In this document: piece after piece, positions 19,940-28,253 of the stretch
Layout: every line of letters starts with the position of its first letter
How positions within the stretch are numbered: the stretch's first letter is position 1
Source: Candidatus Latescibacterota bacterium
GTDB taxonomy: Bacteria; Latescibacterota; UBA2968; SICM01
DNA length: 64,000 bases
Direction of reading: 5' to 3'
NCBI GenBank assembly: GCA_965217865.1
Contig: CBDCJO010000001.1
Coordinates: 480,001-544,000, forward strand
Translations under genes and position numbers: made by a program
The notes under the pieces: generated by a model
Told to the model about the DNA's origin: nothing
Databases searched by the model: none
Seen by the model: the letters and a program-made list of their open reading frames with translations, nothing else

Positions 19940-22263
19940 AAGAAAGCAACCCGGTGCCGGTCAACCCGCCCACGGAATACGAAGATGTCTACATTTACCG
20001 CAATCCCGACGGGGTCGAGTATGCGAAGATTTTTCGTCTTCACAACCGCAAGGCCGATCCGTGGAGGCTCAACCCCAACGGGTTGTGGGAACATCGGATG
20101 CCCGTTCATCGTTTTCCTTATCGCGTTGAGAAGCTTCACGCCGATGGCCGACCGGTACTGATCGTCGAAGGTGAGAAGTGTGTGGACGCGGCGGTTGCCA
20201 AACTCAAAAATTTGGACGTGATCGGCTGGATGGGCGGAGCGCGATCGCCACACAAAACCGATTGGGATTGCCTCGAAGGCCGCGACGTAACCTTGTGGCC
20301 GGACGCCGACGAGAACGAAGCGGGACTCAAGGCTATGACCAAGATGGCGGAGATCGCCTCGAAGGCCAAGGCGGCATCCGTGCGGATGATGAAGCCCGAG
20401 CCCGAGCGAAACAAGGATGGCATGAAGGGGTGGGACGTTGACAACGCCATCGAGGAAGGCATTGACGTTGCGGACTACATCGAGCAGGCGGACTACATCG
20501 AGGCTGAAGCGGTTGCCGAAGACCGGGCCGCCCGACCGCGCCCGCGCGGTCCATCGCAAGCCGACCGGCTGGTCGAGCTCACGGTAAGGAATGCCGTCCT
20601 TTTTGCGGACGGCGACGAAGCGTTTGTCGACTTGACCGTAGACGGTCATCGCGAGACGTGGGCCGTAAAATCGAAGGGCTTCCGGCGCTGGCTGCGGCGG
20701 GAGTTCTATGTCGCCGAGGATAAGAAGTCGCCAAGAGCCGAGGCGATGCAACAGGCTGTCGCCACGCTCGAAGCGATGAGCGTTATCGGTTCGCCCCAGA
20801 AACGGGTATTCCTTCGCGTGGGGGAGGCTGGCCAGAAGCTCTACATTGACCTGGCCGACGACGCTTGGCGTGCCATTGAGGTGGACGCCATCGGGTGGCG
20901 GATTGTCTCCGATCCACCCGTTCGGTTCCGGCGCGGCGAATCCATGCAGGCGCTGCCCGTGCCGGAGTCTGGGGACCGGGCCGAATCGTTGGCGGCCCTC
21001 CAGAAGTTCTGCAACGTAAGTCGTGAGAGCGATTTCCAGCTTATCGTCGCGTGGCTCCTTGCCGCGTTGAGGCCGGAAGGGCCGTACCCCGGGCTCGCGC
21101 TCGGTGGAGAACAGGGCACAGCCAAAAGCACACTTTGCCGGCTGCTACGCTCCCTTGTGGATCCGTCCTCGATGCCGCTGCGGTCGCCACCGCGCGATGA
21201 CCGCGACATCTTCATCGCAACGCGACGGGCGCACGTGCTGGCCTTCGACAACGTGTCCGGCCTGCCTCCCTGGCTGTCCGATGTGCTGTGCCGGATGGCA
21301 ACCGGCGGCGGTTACGCAACAAGAAGCCTTTTCACCGACGACGAGGAGACGATCCTTAACGCGACGCGCCCGGTCATCATCAATGGCATCGGTGACATCG
21401 TCACGCGAGGCGATCTCGCCGACCGGGCGATCCACCTCACCCTTGATCCGATCCCGGAAACCCAGCGACGCCTTGAAAGCGACCTGCTCATGGAATTTGA
21501 AGCGTGCCGGCCGCGCATCCTGGGCGCGTTGTTGGACGCCATATCCGAGGGACTGCGCCGACTGCCCACCGTGCGCCTGGAACGCCTGCCCCGCATGGCA
21601 GATTTCGCGAAGTGGGCAACGGCTTGTGAGCCCGCGCTCTGGCCCGAAGGAGCTTTCATGAAGGCCTATGGCGCGAATCGCGCGGCGGCGAACGAAGCCG
21701 TCATTGAGTCGAGCGCCATCGGCGCCACCGTGGTCAAGCTGATCGACGGCACCGGGTCGTTCGAGGGAACGACGACCGATCTGCTGGAAAGGCTGAACGG
21801 CCTCGGGTCCGATTTCCAGCGCAAGGCGAGAGGATGGCCCGCGACCGCGAGTGCGCTGGGTTTCCGTCTCGCACGGTTGGCGCCCAGTCTGCGAGAGACG
21901 GGGATCGAATGCGAAAAGCTTGACCGGCACAAGGGTTCCAGATGGTGGAGAATAACCAAGAGACCCAGCGGCGGAGAAAAGGCGCAAAACCCCGCCAGTC
22001 CCGCCATCCCCGCCACGCGTAAGTCATTGAAATTATTGGACGGTGGCAGCGATGACAGCGATGGCGGCGATTTACCCCCAATCTCCGCTGGGGGGGGGAA
22101 GAAGCGTTGGATGAGGCGGGGGAGGAACGTGCGGCGATCATGGAGTATGAGGGCGGAATGGCTCGTGAGGAAGCCGAATCTCGGGTTCGCGAGGATGTTC
22201 GACCACGACCTAAAGGAGATCGGAAATGAGGCGTTCGAGGGAAGCCGAAACTCAAGCTCGTGA
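19936..22263 (+). CDS. TOPRIM primase-like plus P-loop ATPase/helicase replication protein
   Basis: LIVEGEKCVDA and LWPDAD (TOPRIM); Walker A GEQGTAKST; LAFDNVS; native C-terminus probably in the -1 frame after a G9 tract. Confidence 0.85.
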   Translation: MKESNPVPVNPPTEYEDVYIYRNPDGVEYAKIFRLHNRKADPWRLNPNGLWEHRMPVHRFPYRVEKLHADGRPVLIVEGEKCVDAAVAKLKNLDVIGWMGGARSPHKTDWDCLEGRDVTLWPDADENEAGLKAMTKMAEIASKAKAASVRMMKPEPERNKDGMKGWDVDNAIEEGIDVADYIEQADYIEAEAVAEDRAARPRPRGPSQADRLVELTVRNAVLFADGDEAFVDLTVDGHRETWAVKSKGFRRWLRREFYVAEDKKSPRAEAMQQAVATLEAMSVIGSPQKRVFLRVGEAGQKLYIDLADDAWRAIEVDAIGWRIVSDPPVRFRRGESMQALPVPESGDRAESLAALQKFCNVSRESDFQLIVAWLLAALRPEGPYPGLALGGEQGTAKSTLCRLLRSLVDPSSMPLRSPPRDDRDIFIATRRAHVLAFDNVSGLPPWLSDVLCRMATGGGYATRSLFTDDEETILNATRPVIINGIGDIVTRGDLADRAIHLTLDPIPETQRRLESDLLMEFEACRPRILGALLDAISEGLRRLPTVRLERLPRMADFAKWATACEPALWPEGAFMKAYGANRAAANEAVIESSAIGATVVKLIDGTGSFEGTTTDLLERLNGLGSDFQRKARGWPATASALGFRLARLAPSLRETGIECEKLDRHKGSRWWRITKRPSGGEKAQNPASPAIPATRKSLKLLDGGSDDSDGGDLPPISAGGGKKRWMRRGRNVRRSWSMRAEWLVRKPNLGFARMFDHDLKEIGNEAFEGSRNSSS

Positions 22264-22569
22264 GGCGAAGATACGATCCGGCATAGATTTTTCGGGGTTG
22301 CGTAGTTGGGGGCTGTCCACCTTTTCGATTAATGGATCGCCGGCATGTTAATTCCCAAGCGCGGGAGGGGAAGCATCCCTACAGCGTTTTCTAAAATCAG
22401 ATAGCGTCGCTATAGGTTCGGTTGGAGTTGAACGGGGGGTCAAGATAGATCAGATCGACGCTTTCGGAGTTCATGCCGTGCATGATGTCCAGGTTGTCGC
22501 CCGTCCACATAGTGCGGTTCTTGAAGTTGGGTTCGGTCATGCGAAGTATCTCTCAAGTGGAGGTGTAGA

Positions 22570-22851
22570 ATGTCACAGGAACCATCGAGCGGGTATATGC
22601 TGCTGGGTTTTCTGGTTGGCGACCTCATGAAAGGGGAGGCCAAGGGAGACTTGACGGATGAGGAACGCAAGGATTTGAAGTGTTTTAGGGCCTTGCAGAA
22701 GTTTCTCTACTTCAACTTCGGCCCCCAATTACCTGACAGTGACGCGGATATGGGCCTCATTTACCTAGTCTGTAATCAAAAAGGCGGGTCAACTCCCTAT
22801 ACGTACGCTCGCACAGCCCCGGGTGATATTCGGAGAGTATGTCAAAGTTAA
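22570..22851 (+). CDS. hypothetical protein
   Basis: GGAGG SD before ATG; 3' end overlaps the convergent HExxH gene. Confidence 0.3.
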   Translation: MSQEPSSGYMLLGFLVGDLMKGEAKGDLTDEERKDLKCFRALQKFLYFNFGPQLPDSDADMGLIYLVCNQKGGSTPYTYARTAPGDIRRVCQS

Positions 22852-22912
22852 TGTCTCGAATGCGGGTGCCGTTCCTGCGGATACGCTTGATGGTGCCGGG
22901 AAGGATATTCAT

Positions 22913-23517
22913 GAAAGTATTTGGACTTGGATACCCCTTCCTTTGGAAGGGGAGGAAAAGTTTAGCTTGCCGAAGGCAAGCTAAAAGGCTGTCTTATCGT
23001 GTGCAGACCACTGAGACTCATATCGACTCAGGAGGCATACGATGGGACTCCGACGGACCAGTCACGCAGTCTATGATAGCCAGTATCATCTGGTATGGGC
23101 ACCGAAGTATCGGAAATGGATTTTGCGAGGTGACCTTCGAGAGTATGTGGGCAAGCTGTTTCATCGGATAGCAGAGGATTTTGGTTTTGACATCCAAGAG
23201 ATGGAAGTGGCCGAAGATCATGTGCATATTTTCTTGTCGTTTCCTCCCCGGTATTCGATTTCTAAGGTAGTGGGCATTTTGAAGAGTATTTCGGGCAGCG
23301 GGGTCTTCCGAGAACATCCAGAGGTGAAACGGGAGTTATGGGGTGGAGAATTCTGGGAAGATGGTTATTTTGCCCGCACCGTAGGCGACAAGGTGACTTC
23401 TGAAGTGATTGAGCAATATATTCGGTATCATCGTCAAGAGCAGAAAGGGCCCCTACAGTTGGATCTGTTTGGGGATGGGAGTGGTTAATGCCCCGCCCTT
23501 TGGGCGGGGTGGTTTAC
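22913..23517 (+). mobile_element. IS200/IS605 family insertion sequence, tnpA only (605 bp)
   Basis: Subterminal hairpins CCCCTTCC-ttt-GGAAGGGG and CCCCGCCC-ttt-GGGCGGGG; inserted 3' of TCAT, ends in TTAC; no target duplication; excision restores the host ORF. Confidence 0.9.
23042..23488 (+). CDS. tnpA: IS200/IS605 Y1 HUH transposase
   Basis: YHLVWAPKYR, DHVHIF (HUH), LWGGEFW..GYF..TVG, catalytic Y in EQYIRYH. Confidence 0.95.
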   Translation: MGLRRTSHAVYDSQYHLVWAPKYRKWILRGDLREYVGKLFHRIAEDFGFDIQEMEVAEDHVHIFLSFPPRYSISKVVGILKSISGSGVFREHPEVKRELWGGEFWEDGYFARTVGDKVTSEVIEQYIRYHRQEQKGPLQLDLFGDGSG

Positions 23518-23912
23518 TAGAGGTTCAACAAGCACACGTGCGCACGTGTAAGCCCTCGTGGGAACATAATTCCTGGGCACCTTTTTGTCCTGGAACCAGC
23601 AAGCTATGCCCTCTTCCATGACGATGGTAGGGATTTCTCCCGGATCCAGAAGGTGGACACACTCGTGAGCCAGTTGCCAAGTTGCCCATTCGTAGTCTCG
23701 TTTTTCTATCACGTCAGAGCCCAGACGGATTTCTATTTTTTTGATCTTTAACCCCTCTGGGAAATAAATGCAGGGAATGCTGTCCTCAGCCACACGGATA
23801 ACATCCAGTATTTCGTAGTCAGGATCCCGTTTGCCAAGTAGATCCTCCAGTTCTCGGATAAACTCGTTTCGAGTCTCAAGCAGGTAAGCAAGGAATTGAT
23901 CGTCTGTTTTGT

Positions 23913-24107
23913 TCATGCGAAGCACCCCTCAAGGAACGTTCCGAACACGTTGTTGTTCTTCCGGTTGTTGTATTTATAGCAGGCTTCGGCCACATAAAGA
24001 GGCATGTAATGCTTCCTGTAGTGATGATGGGAACCGTACCAGGCTCTCTTGAGTAGAGACCAGAAGCCTTCGATGGTGTTGGTATGAGTGGAGCCGTCGG
24101 TGTAGCT
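23913..24107 (-). pseudogene. IS1595 family DDE transposase, C-terminal remnant
   Basis: HTNTIEGFWSLLKRAWYGSHHHY...LYVAEACYKYNNR; N-terminal part absent. Confidence 0.85.
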
Positions 24108-24317
24108 TACGCAGTCTCTGGTTCGAGTATTAACAACAATGCACCGGCACTTGAAAACGAGCACAGGGCAAACACGACAAATAATATTCCATATTTACGA
24201 TTCAACGATAATCCCCCCTGATGGTACCCGACTTGACCATACAAGCAGTCAAATGAGCGAATCTCTCGTTCATAGTGTTCATCATTTCATTCATCGTGGC
24301 TTCAAACCTGTCCATTC

Positions 24318-24428
24318 CGAGTGTGCGACACATGGGAGTTGGACACATGGGAGTTGGACACTGGGACACATGGGAAATGGACACATGGGGGTGGGACACC
24401 CGCTCGCGGGCCGAATTCTGCCCCGTCT
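24318..24428. repeat. copy 1 of a direct repeat: CGAGTGT + irregular GGACACATGGG(AGTT) tandem units + constant tail
   Basis: Tail TGGACACATGGGGGTGGGACACCCGCTCGCGGGCCGAATTCTGCCCCGTCT is identical in copy 2. Confidence 0.9.
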
Positions 24429-24653
24429 CCGGGATCCAAAGCTCGAAATCCGCCGCCTGAGCCACGATCTCGAAGCCAGGCCCCCAAGGGGACCCACGGG
24501 AAAGCTCGATGTTTCCAGCCTGCCCCGGTTCCTCCCACCCACGTCCATTTCCTGCCATTACCACGACCCCCATTTTCAGACTTGCCCCGTCTGTGCCGGC
24601 TTAAAGGTTGGAGGGGCGATGCCTCGCGGGTGATTCGTCCACATCCCATCGAC

Positions 24654-24679
24654 GGGCGACCACATCGGGTCGCCCCTAC
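24654..24679 (-). repeat. GTAG-type REP element
   Basis: Minus strand GTAG-GGGCGACC-cgatgt-GGTCGCCC; possible degenerate inverted partner at about 24610-24640. Confidence 0.7.
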
Positions 24680-24730
24680 GCATAATCATGATGTTTTCAA
24701 TTTCCACTTTCCATTTTGCATTTCTTTCCC

Positions 24731-26236
24731 CTACTCAGCCTGCCGCTTTCCTTCCACGTCCGCAAGGGAATGTTGAATGGCCTTTACCTGCGGATGGTCC
24801 GGGCCCAGGGCCTTTTCATGTATCGCCAGGGCCCGCCTGAAGAGAGGCTCAGCCTCCCCATATCGCCCCTGCGCCAGGTAGTGCCCCGCCAGGTTTCCCA
24901 GAGAGATCGCCACGGTGGGATGGTCCGGGCCCAGGGACTTCTCGAGGATTTCAAGGGCTCGGTTGAAGAGTCGTTCCACCTCCGCGTGCTGGCCCCGGTC
25001 TCTATAAAGTCCCGCCAGGTTGTTCAGCGCGGCCGCCACCCCCGAATGTTCAGGCCCGAGGACTTTCTCCCTGATCGCCAGGGCCCTTTTGTATTGTGCC
25101 TCAGCTTCATCGTACTTTCCCTGGGTCCTGTAGAGTTCCGCCAGGTTGTTCAGGGCCGTCGCCACGTGTGGATGTTCCGGGCCAAGACCCTTCCTCACGA
25201 TCTCCAGGGCCCGCTTGTAGAGCGGCTCAGCCTCCGCATAACGACCCTGCATCCGATAGAGTTCGGCCAGGTTGTTCAGGGACCTCGCCAGGGTGGGATG
25301 GTCCGGTCCCATACCCTTCTCCACGATGCCCAGGGACCGCCTGAGGAGAGGCTCGACCTCCCCATATCGTCCCAGGGCCCGGTAATGTCCCGCAAGGTTT
25401 CCGAGGGTGATCGCCACTGTGGGATGGTTCGGTCCCATACCCTTCTCGAGGATTTCAAGGGCTCGTTTGTAGAGTCGTTCCACCTCCGCGTGCTGGCCCC
25501 GGTCTCTATAAAGTCCCGCCAGGTTGTTCAGGGCCGTCGCCACGTGCGGATGGCCCGATCCAAGACCCGCCTTCACGATCTCCAGGGCCCGTTTGTAGAG
25601 AGGCTCGGCTTCATCATAACGGCCCCGGGTCCTGTAAAGTTCGGCCAGGTTGTTCAGGGACCTCGCCAGGGTGGGATGGTCCGGTCCCCGAGACTTCTCC
25701 AGGATGCCAATGGCTCGTTTGTAGAGCCGTTCGACGTTCCCGTGCTTGCCCAGGTGACTGTATATCTCCCCCAGGTTGTTCAGGGCGGCGGCGACAAACG
25801 CATGGTCGGGCCCGAGGACCTTCTCCAGGATATTCAACGCCCGCTTGACCAGGGGTTCGGCTTCGGAATACCGACCCTGGACCATGTAAAGGTCCGCCAG
25901 GACGTTCAGGGCGCCCCCTACGTTGGCATGGTCTGGGCCTAAAGTCTCCTCGGATCGCTTAACGGCCTCCTCCGCAACCTGGATCCTTCTTTTAAAGTGC
26001 TCCTCCCGACCCCCAAGTTCAGGGGATTCCGCTTCTATGGACTGAATGAACCCTTCCCCCCCGGACCGATCCCATTCGATAGACCATAAAAACAGGAGAG
26101 CTATCCCGCAGAAAGCGATTTCAATCTTTTGGAGAAAACGGTTCACTTTCGAACTCCAGAATGGGGAAAGAGCACCCCTCCCCGGGAAGGGGGCGAAGGG
26201 GGTTTGACACCTTACCCAATTTTGTATGTCCGTCAA
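24731..26236 (-). CDS. kinesin-light-chain-type tetratricopeptide repeat protein (42-aa repeats)
   Basis: About nine LGPDHP..A..LNNLA.LY...G.Y.EAEPLY.RAL.I repeats; hydrophobic N-terminal segment; start uncertain. Confidence 0.93.
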   Translation of the reverse strand: MTDIQNWVRCQTPFAPFPGRGALSPFWSSKVNRFLQKIEIAFCGIALLFLWSIEWDRSGGEGFIQSIEAESPELGGREEHFKRRIQVAEEAVKRSEETLGPDHANVGGALNVLADLYMVQGRYSEAEPLVKRALNILEKVLGPDHAFVAAALNNLGEIYSHLGKHGNVERLYKRAIGILEKSRGPDHPTLARSLNNLAELYRTRGRYDEAEPLYKRALEIVKAGLGSGHPHVATALNNLAGLYRDRGQHAEVERLYKRALEILEKGMGPNHPTVAITLGNLAGHYRALGRYGEVEPLLRRSLGIVEKGMGPDHPTLARSLNNLAELYRMQGRYAEAEPLYKRALEIVRKGLGPEHPHVATALNNLAELYRTQGKYDEAEAQYKRALAIREKVLGPEHSGVAAALNNLAGLYRDRGQHAEVERLFNRALEILEKSLGPDHPTVAISLGNLAGHYLAQGRYGEAEPLFRRALAIHEKALGPDHPQVKAIQHSLADVEGKRQAE

Positions 26237-26411
26237 AAACTATCCGAATTAGAGGGGCGAACAACTCCACTATCCCATATACCCCCCCACGGTCGCTTTT
26301 CTGTAAGGTCCGCATTGGTTTTGCCCGGATTCCTGAATAAAGTCGCACACGGGGAGAATCCGATGCCCTGTGGGCGATTCCAGGGCAAGAGGGGGGGGCA
26401 TGTTTGCGAGG

Positions 26412-26490
26412 CGAGTGTTGGAGTTGGACACATGGGAGTTGGACACATGGGGGTGGGACACCCGCTCGCGGGCCGAATTCTGCCCCGTCT
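26412..26490. repeat. copy 2 of the GGACAC direct repeat (fewer tandem units)
   Basis: Same CGAGTGT start, GGACACATGGGAGTT units and identical ~50-bp tail as 24318-24428. Confidence 0.9.
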
Positions 26491-26629
26491 GTCGCGTATT
26501 CGCGTTCGGATGCGCTCGGAAGACCGAATGGATTCTGCATCGCGTTGCCCAGCCAAGGTGCTCACCGCCGACGGAACCGCAGTGTTCCACGGTGCGCAGC
26601 CGGGAGAATACTCCACTGGGAATCTCCAT

Positions 26630-27877
26630 CGCGCCTTGAACCGGTTCCCCGCCGTCCTTTGCCGTCACCTTACCCAAGATCGTACCGACTATACTCAGGG
26701 AGAAATCCACGCCTTCCGGCTGAAGATCCTCCGCTACGATAACGGATTCCGCATCCCTTCGATCTTTTGTATTCGGATAGAGCTGAAAACCGTATCCCGC
26801 TTTCCTCGCGTTGACAATGTACTCCCCCTGGACAAGCCCCGACATCGTGTATGATCCGTCTGATTCCGTCTCCGCCGTTTGGGACAATCCTTCCCGCGCA
26901 TTGACCCTGCTGGCTGTTACGATCGCACCGGCCAATCCCGTACCGGTCTCCGAAACCCTCACAACTCCAAAGAACGAAAGCCCCCTCGAAAGGATGAAAT
27001 CGATCCCGGTGACGTGCGAATTCGCCCGAACGGTGACAATACTACGCTCTGATTCTGACCCTTCAGCGACAAAAGTACCGGGCAGAAATCCACGCGCTGT
27101 CCCGTGGATCCAATAGCGTCCTTCTGATAACCCCTCTATCAGGTATGAACCATCTGGGCGGATGGTCCCGGATCGCCGGATCCCCCTAAATTCAGGATTG
27201 GCGACGACCTGGCCGAGGGGGACCGGCTGGACCGTCCCTTCCACCGTCGCGGTCCCCGCAATCGTCGATACGGATTTTAGCTTTATCAGAAGCTTGATCG
27301 GTACCGTGGTTGGGGTTAATTCGATCCGTCTGGCATCCTCTCTGTCCTCAACATCGTCGTAGTATTCGGTCTGGAAACCGTGTGCCTCGATCCGCACGAT
27401 AAATTTGCCTGGAAAGGCCGCAATCCTGAAACCTCCATCCCCGTGGGTGAAAGCCTGAAGGCTGGATCGGGGATAAGGCGCGATAGTCCGGTCTGGGCCA
27501 TCCGGCCCCGATTTTTTATCCGGAAGGCGCTTGAAATCGGCCTGGTCCTTCGGGTCCGGTTCCCCGTTCGACGAATCCCGCCGCAACTGTGTCGGATTTC
27601 CGTCCGAACCCCTAGGATCTGTCCCTTCTGCGCTCACGCGCAGGGGAATGTCTCTATCCACCGGCTCCAGGCGGACCAGAGCCCCGGCCACTGGTGTTTC
27701 GCCCACGTCTGTGAGAACCCTTCCCGCGACGAGGACGTTCGGGACTGGAATCGGAATTCTTCGGTCAGACTGTTGCTGTCTCTCTTGAGAATCAGATCCT
27801 TTCGCCAGGAACATACCGGCGAAAACGAACGATATCAAAGCCAGACCGATCCCGCAAAACTTGACGCCTCGTTTCAC
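26630..27877 (-). pseudogene. N-terminal fragment of a large secreted protein with carboxypeptidase-regulatory-like repeats
   Basis: GAGGAGG SD + GTG 27877, signal peptide, repeated G.V....G.PV.GA.V / DG.Y.I.GL..G.Y modules; homology stops at ...GEPVQGA, then the frame runs into unrelated DNA. Confidence 0.8.
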
Positions 27878-28253
27878 GATAACCTCCTCGTTGAAATTCC
27901 GCCCACAAATCAATATCGCATTCGGCTCTTTGGATACCCCGCAGCCCCCGGTTTCCAATCATCAGACCCGACGGCTTTGTAAAAACCTCAAAGATTATGC
28001 CAGTCTGGTTTTAGGCGCTCGGACGGTTCCCTCCAATCCCAAAACCCCCACAAAATCCACGCACCGTTGAAGCATGATCGATCCTTCCCTCAGCTTTTTG
28101 ATAAAAGCATCAGATTCTTGAGCCAAGGGGAGGGAGCGGGATGAATCGAGGGCCCATCGCGACCTCATCGGATCGATAAAAAAGCGGAGAATGGAAGTTC
28201 TAAGGGGGGTTGAATCAAAAGGGAAGGAAAGGTGGGGACGAAATTGTTCATTG

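Larger units (their letters stand above)
17054..22300 (+). mobile_element. P4/PICI-like integrative element (int, hypothetical, alpA, primase zinc finger, TOPRIM-ATPase); probably truncated
   Basis: Gene order typical of phage satellites/integrative elements; no capsid or terminase gene seen; att sites not identified, boundaries approximate. Confidence 0.75.
22757..23916 (-). pseudogene. HExxH metallopeptidase-like (ImmA/IrrE-like) gene interrupted by an IS200/IS605 element
   Basis: QLAHECVHLL...EEGIACWF in 23916-23518; removing 22913-23517 restores an in-frame 184-aa ORF ending ...VEPL-MNILPGTIKRIRR...ELTRLFDYRLGK*. Confidence 0.8.

Noticed and set aside
22384-22405. Possible IS1595 terminal inverted repeat (GCGTTTTCTAAAATCAGATAGC)
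   Set aside because: No partner end is visible, so it cannot be supported from this window
22839-23171. 110-aa + strand ORF
   Set aside because: Spans the IS left junction and is antisense to the real peptidase tail
24318-24428. GGACACATGGGAGTT array as a CRISPR array
   Set aside because: Units are about 15 bp, contiguous, without unique spacers; no cas genes in the window
24139-24776. Cluster of overlapping ORFs across the repeat
   Set aside because: Frames are open because of the GC-rich repeat; the translations mirror the repeat rather than a protein family
24716-25942. 408-aa repetitive + strand ORF
   Set aside because: Antisense shadow of the TPR gene
17035-26756. 14-bp direct repeat CGGATTCCGCATCC (17035-17048 and 26743-26756) as attL/attR
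   Set aside because: Both copies encode DAES within the split gene, and the N-terminal half continues normally about 40 codons past its copy, so they do not bound the insert
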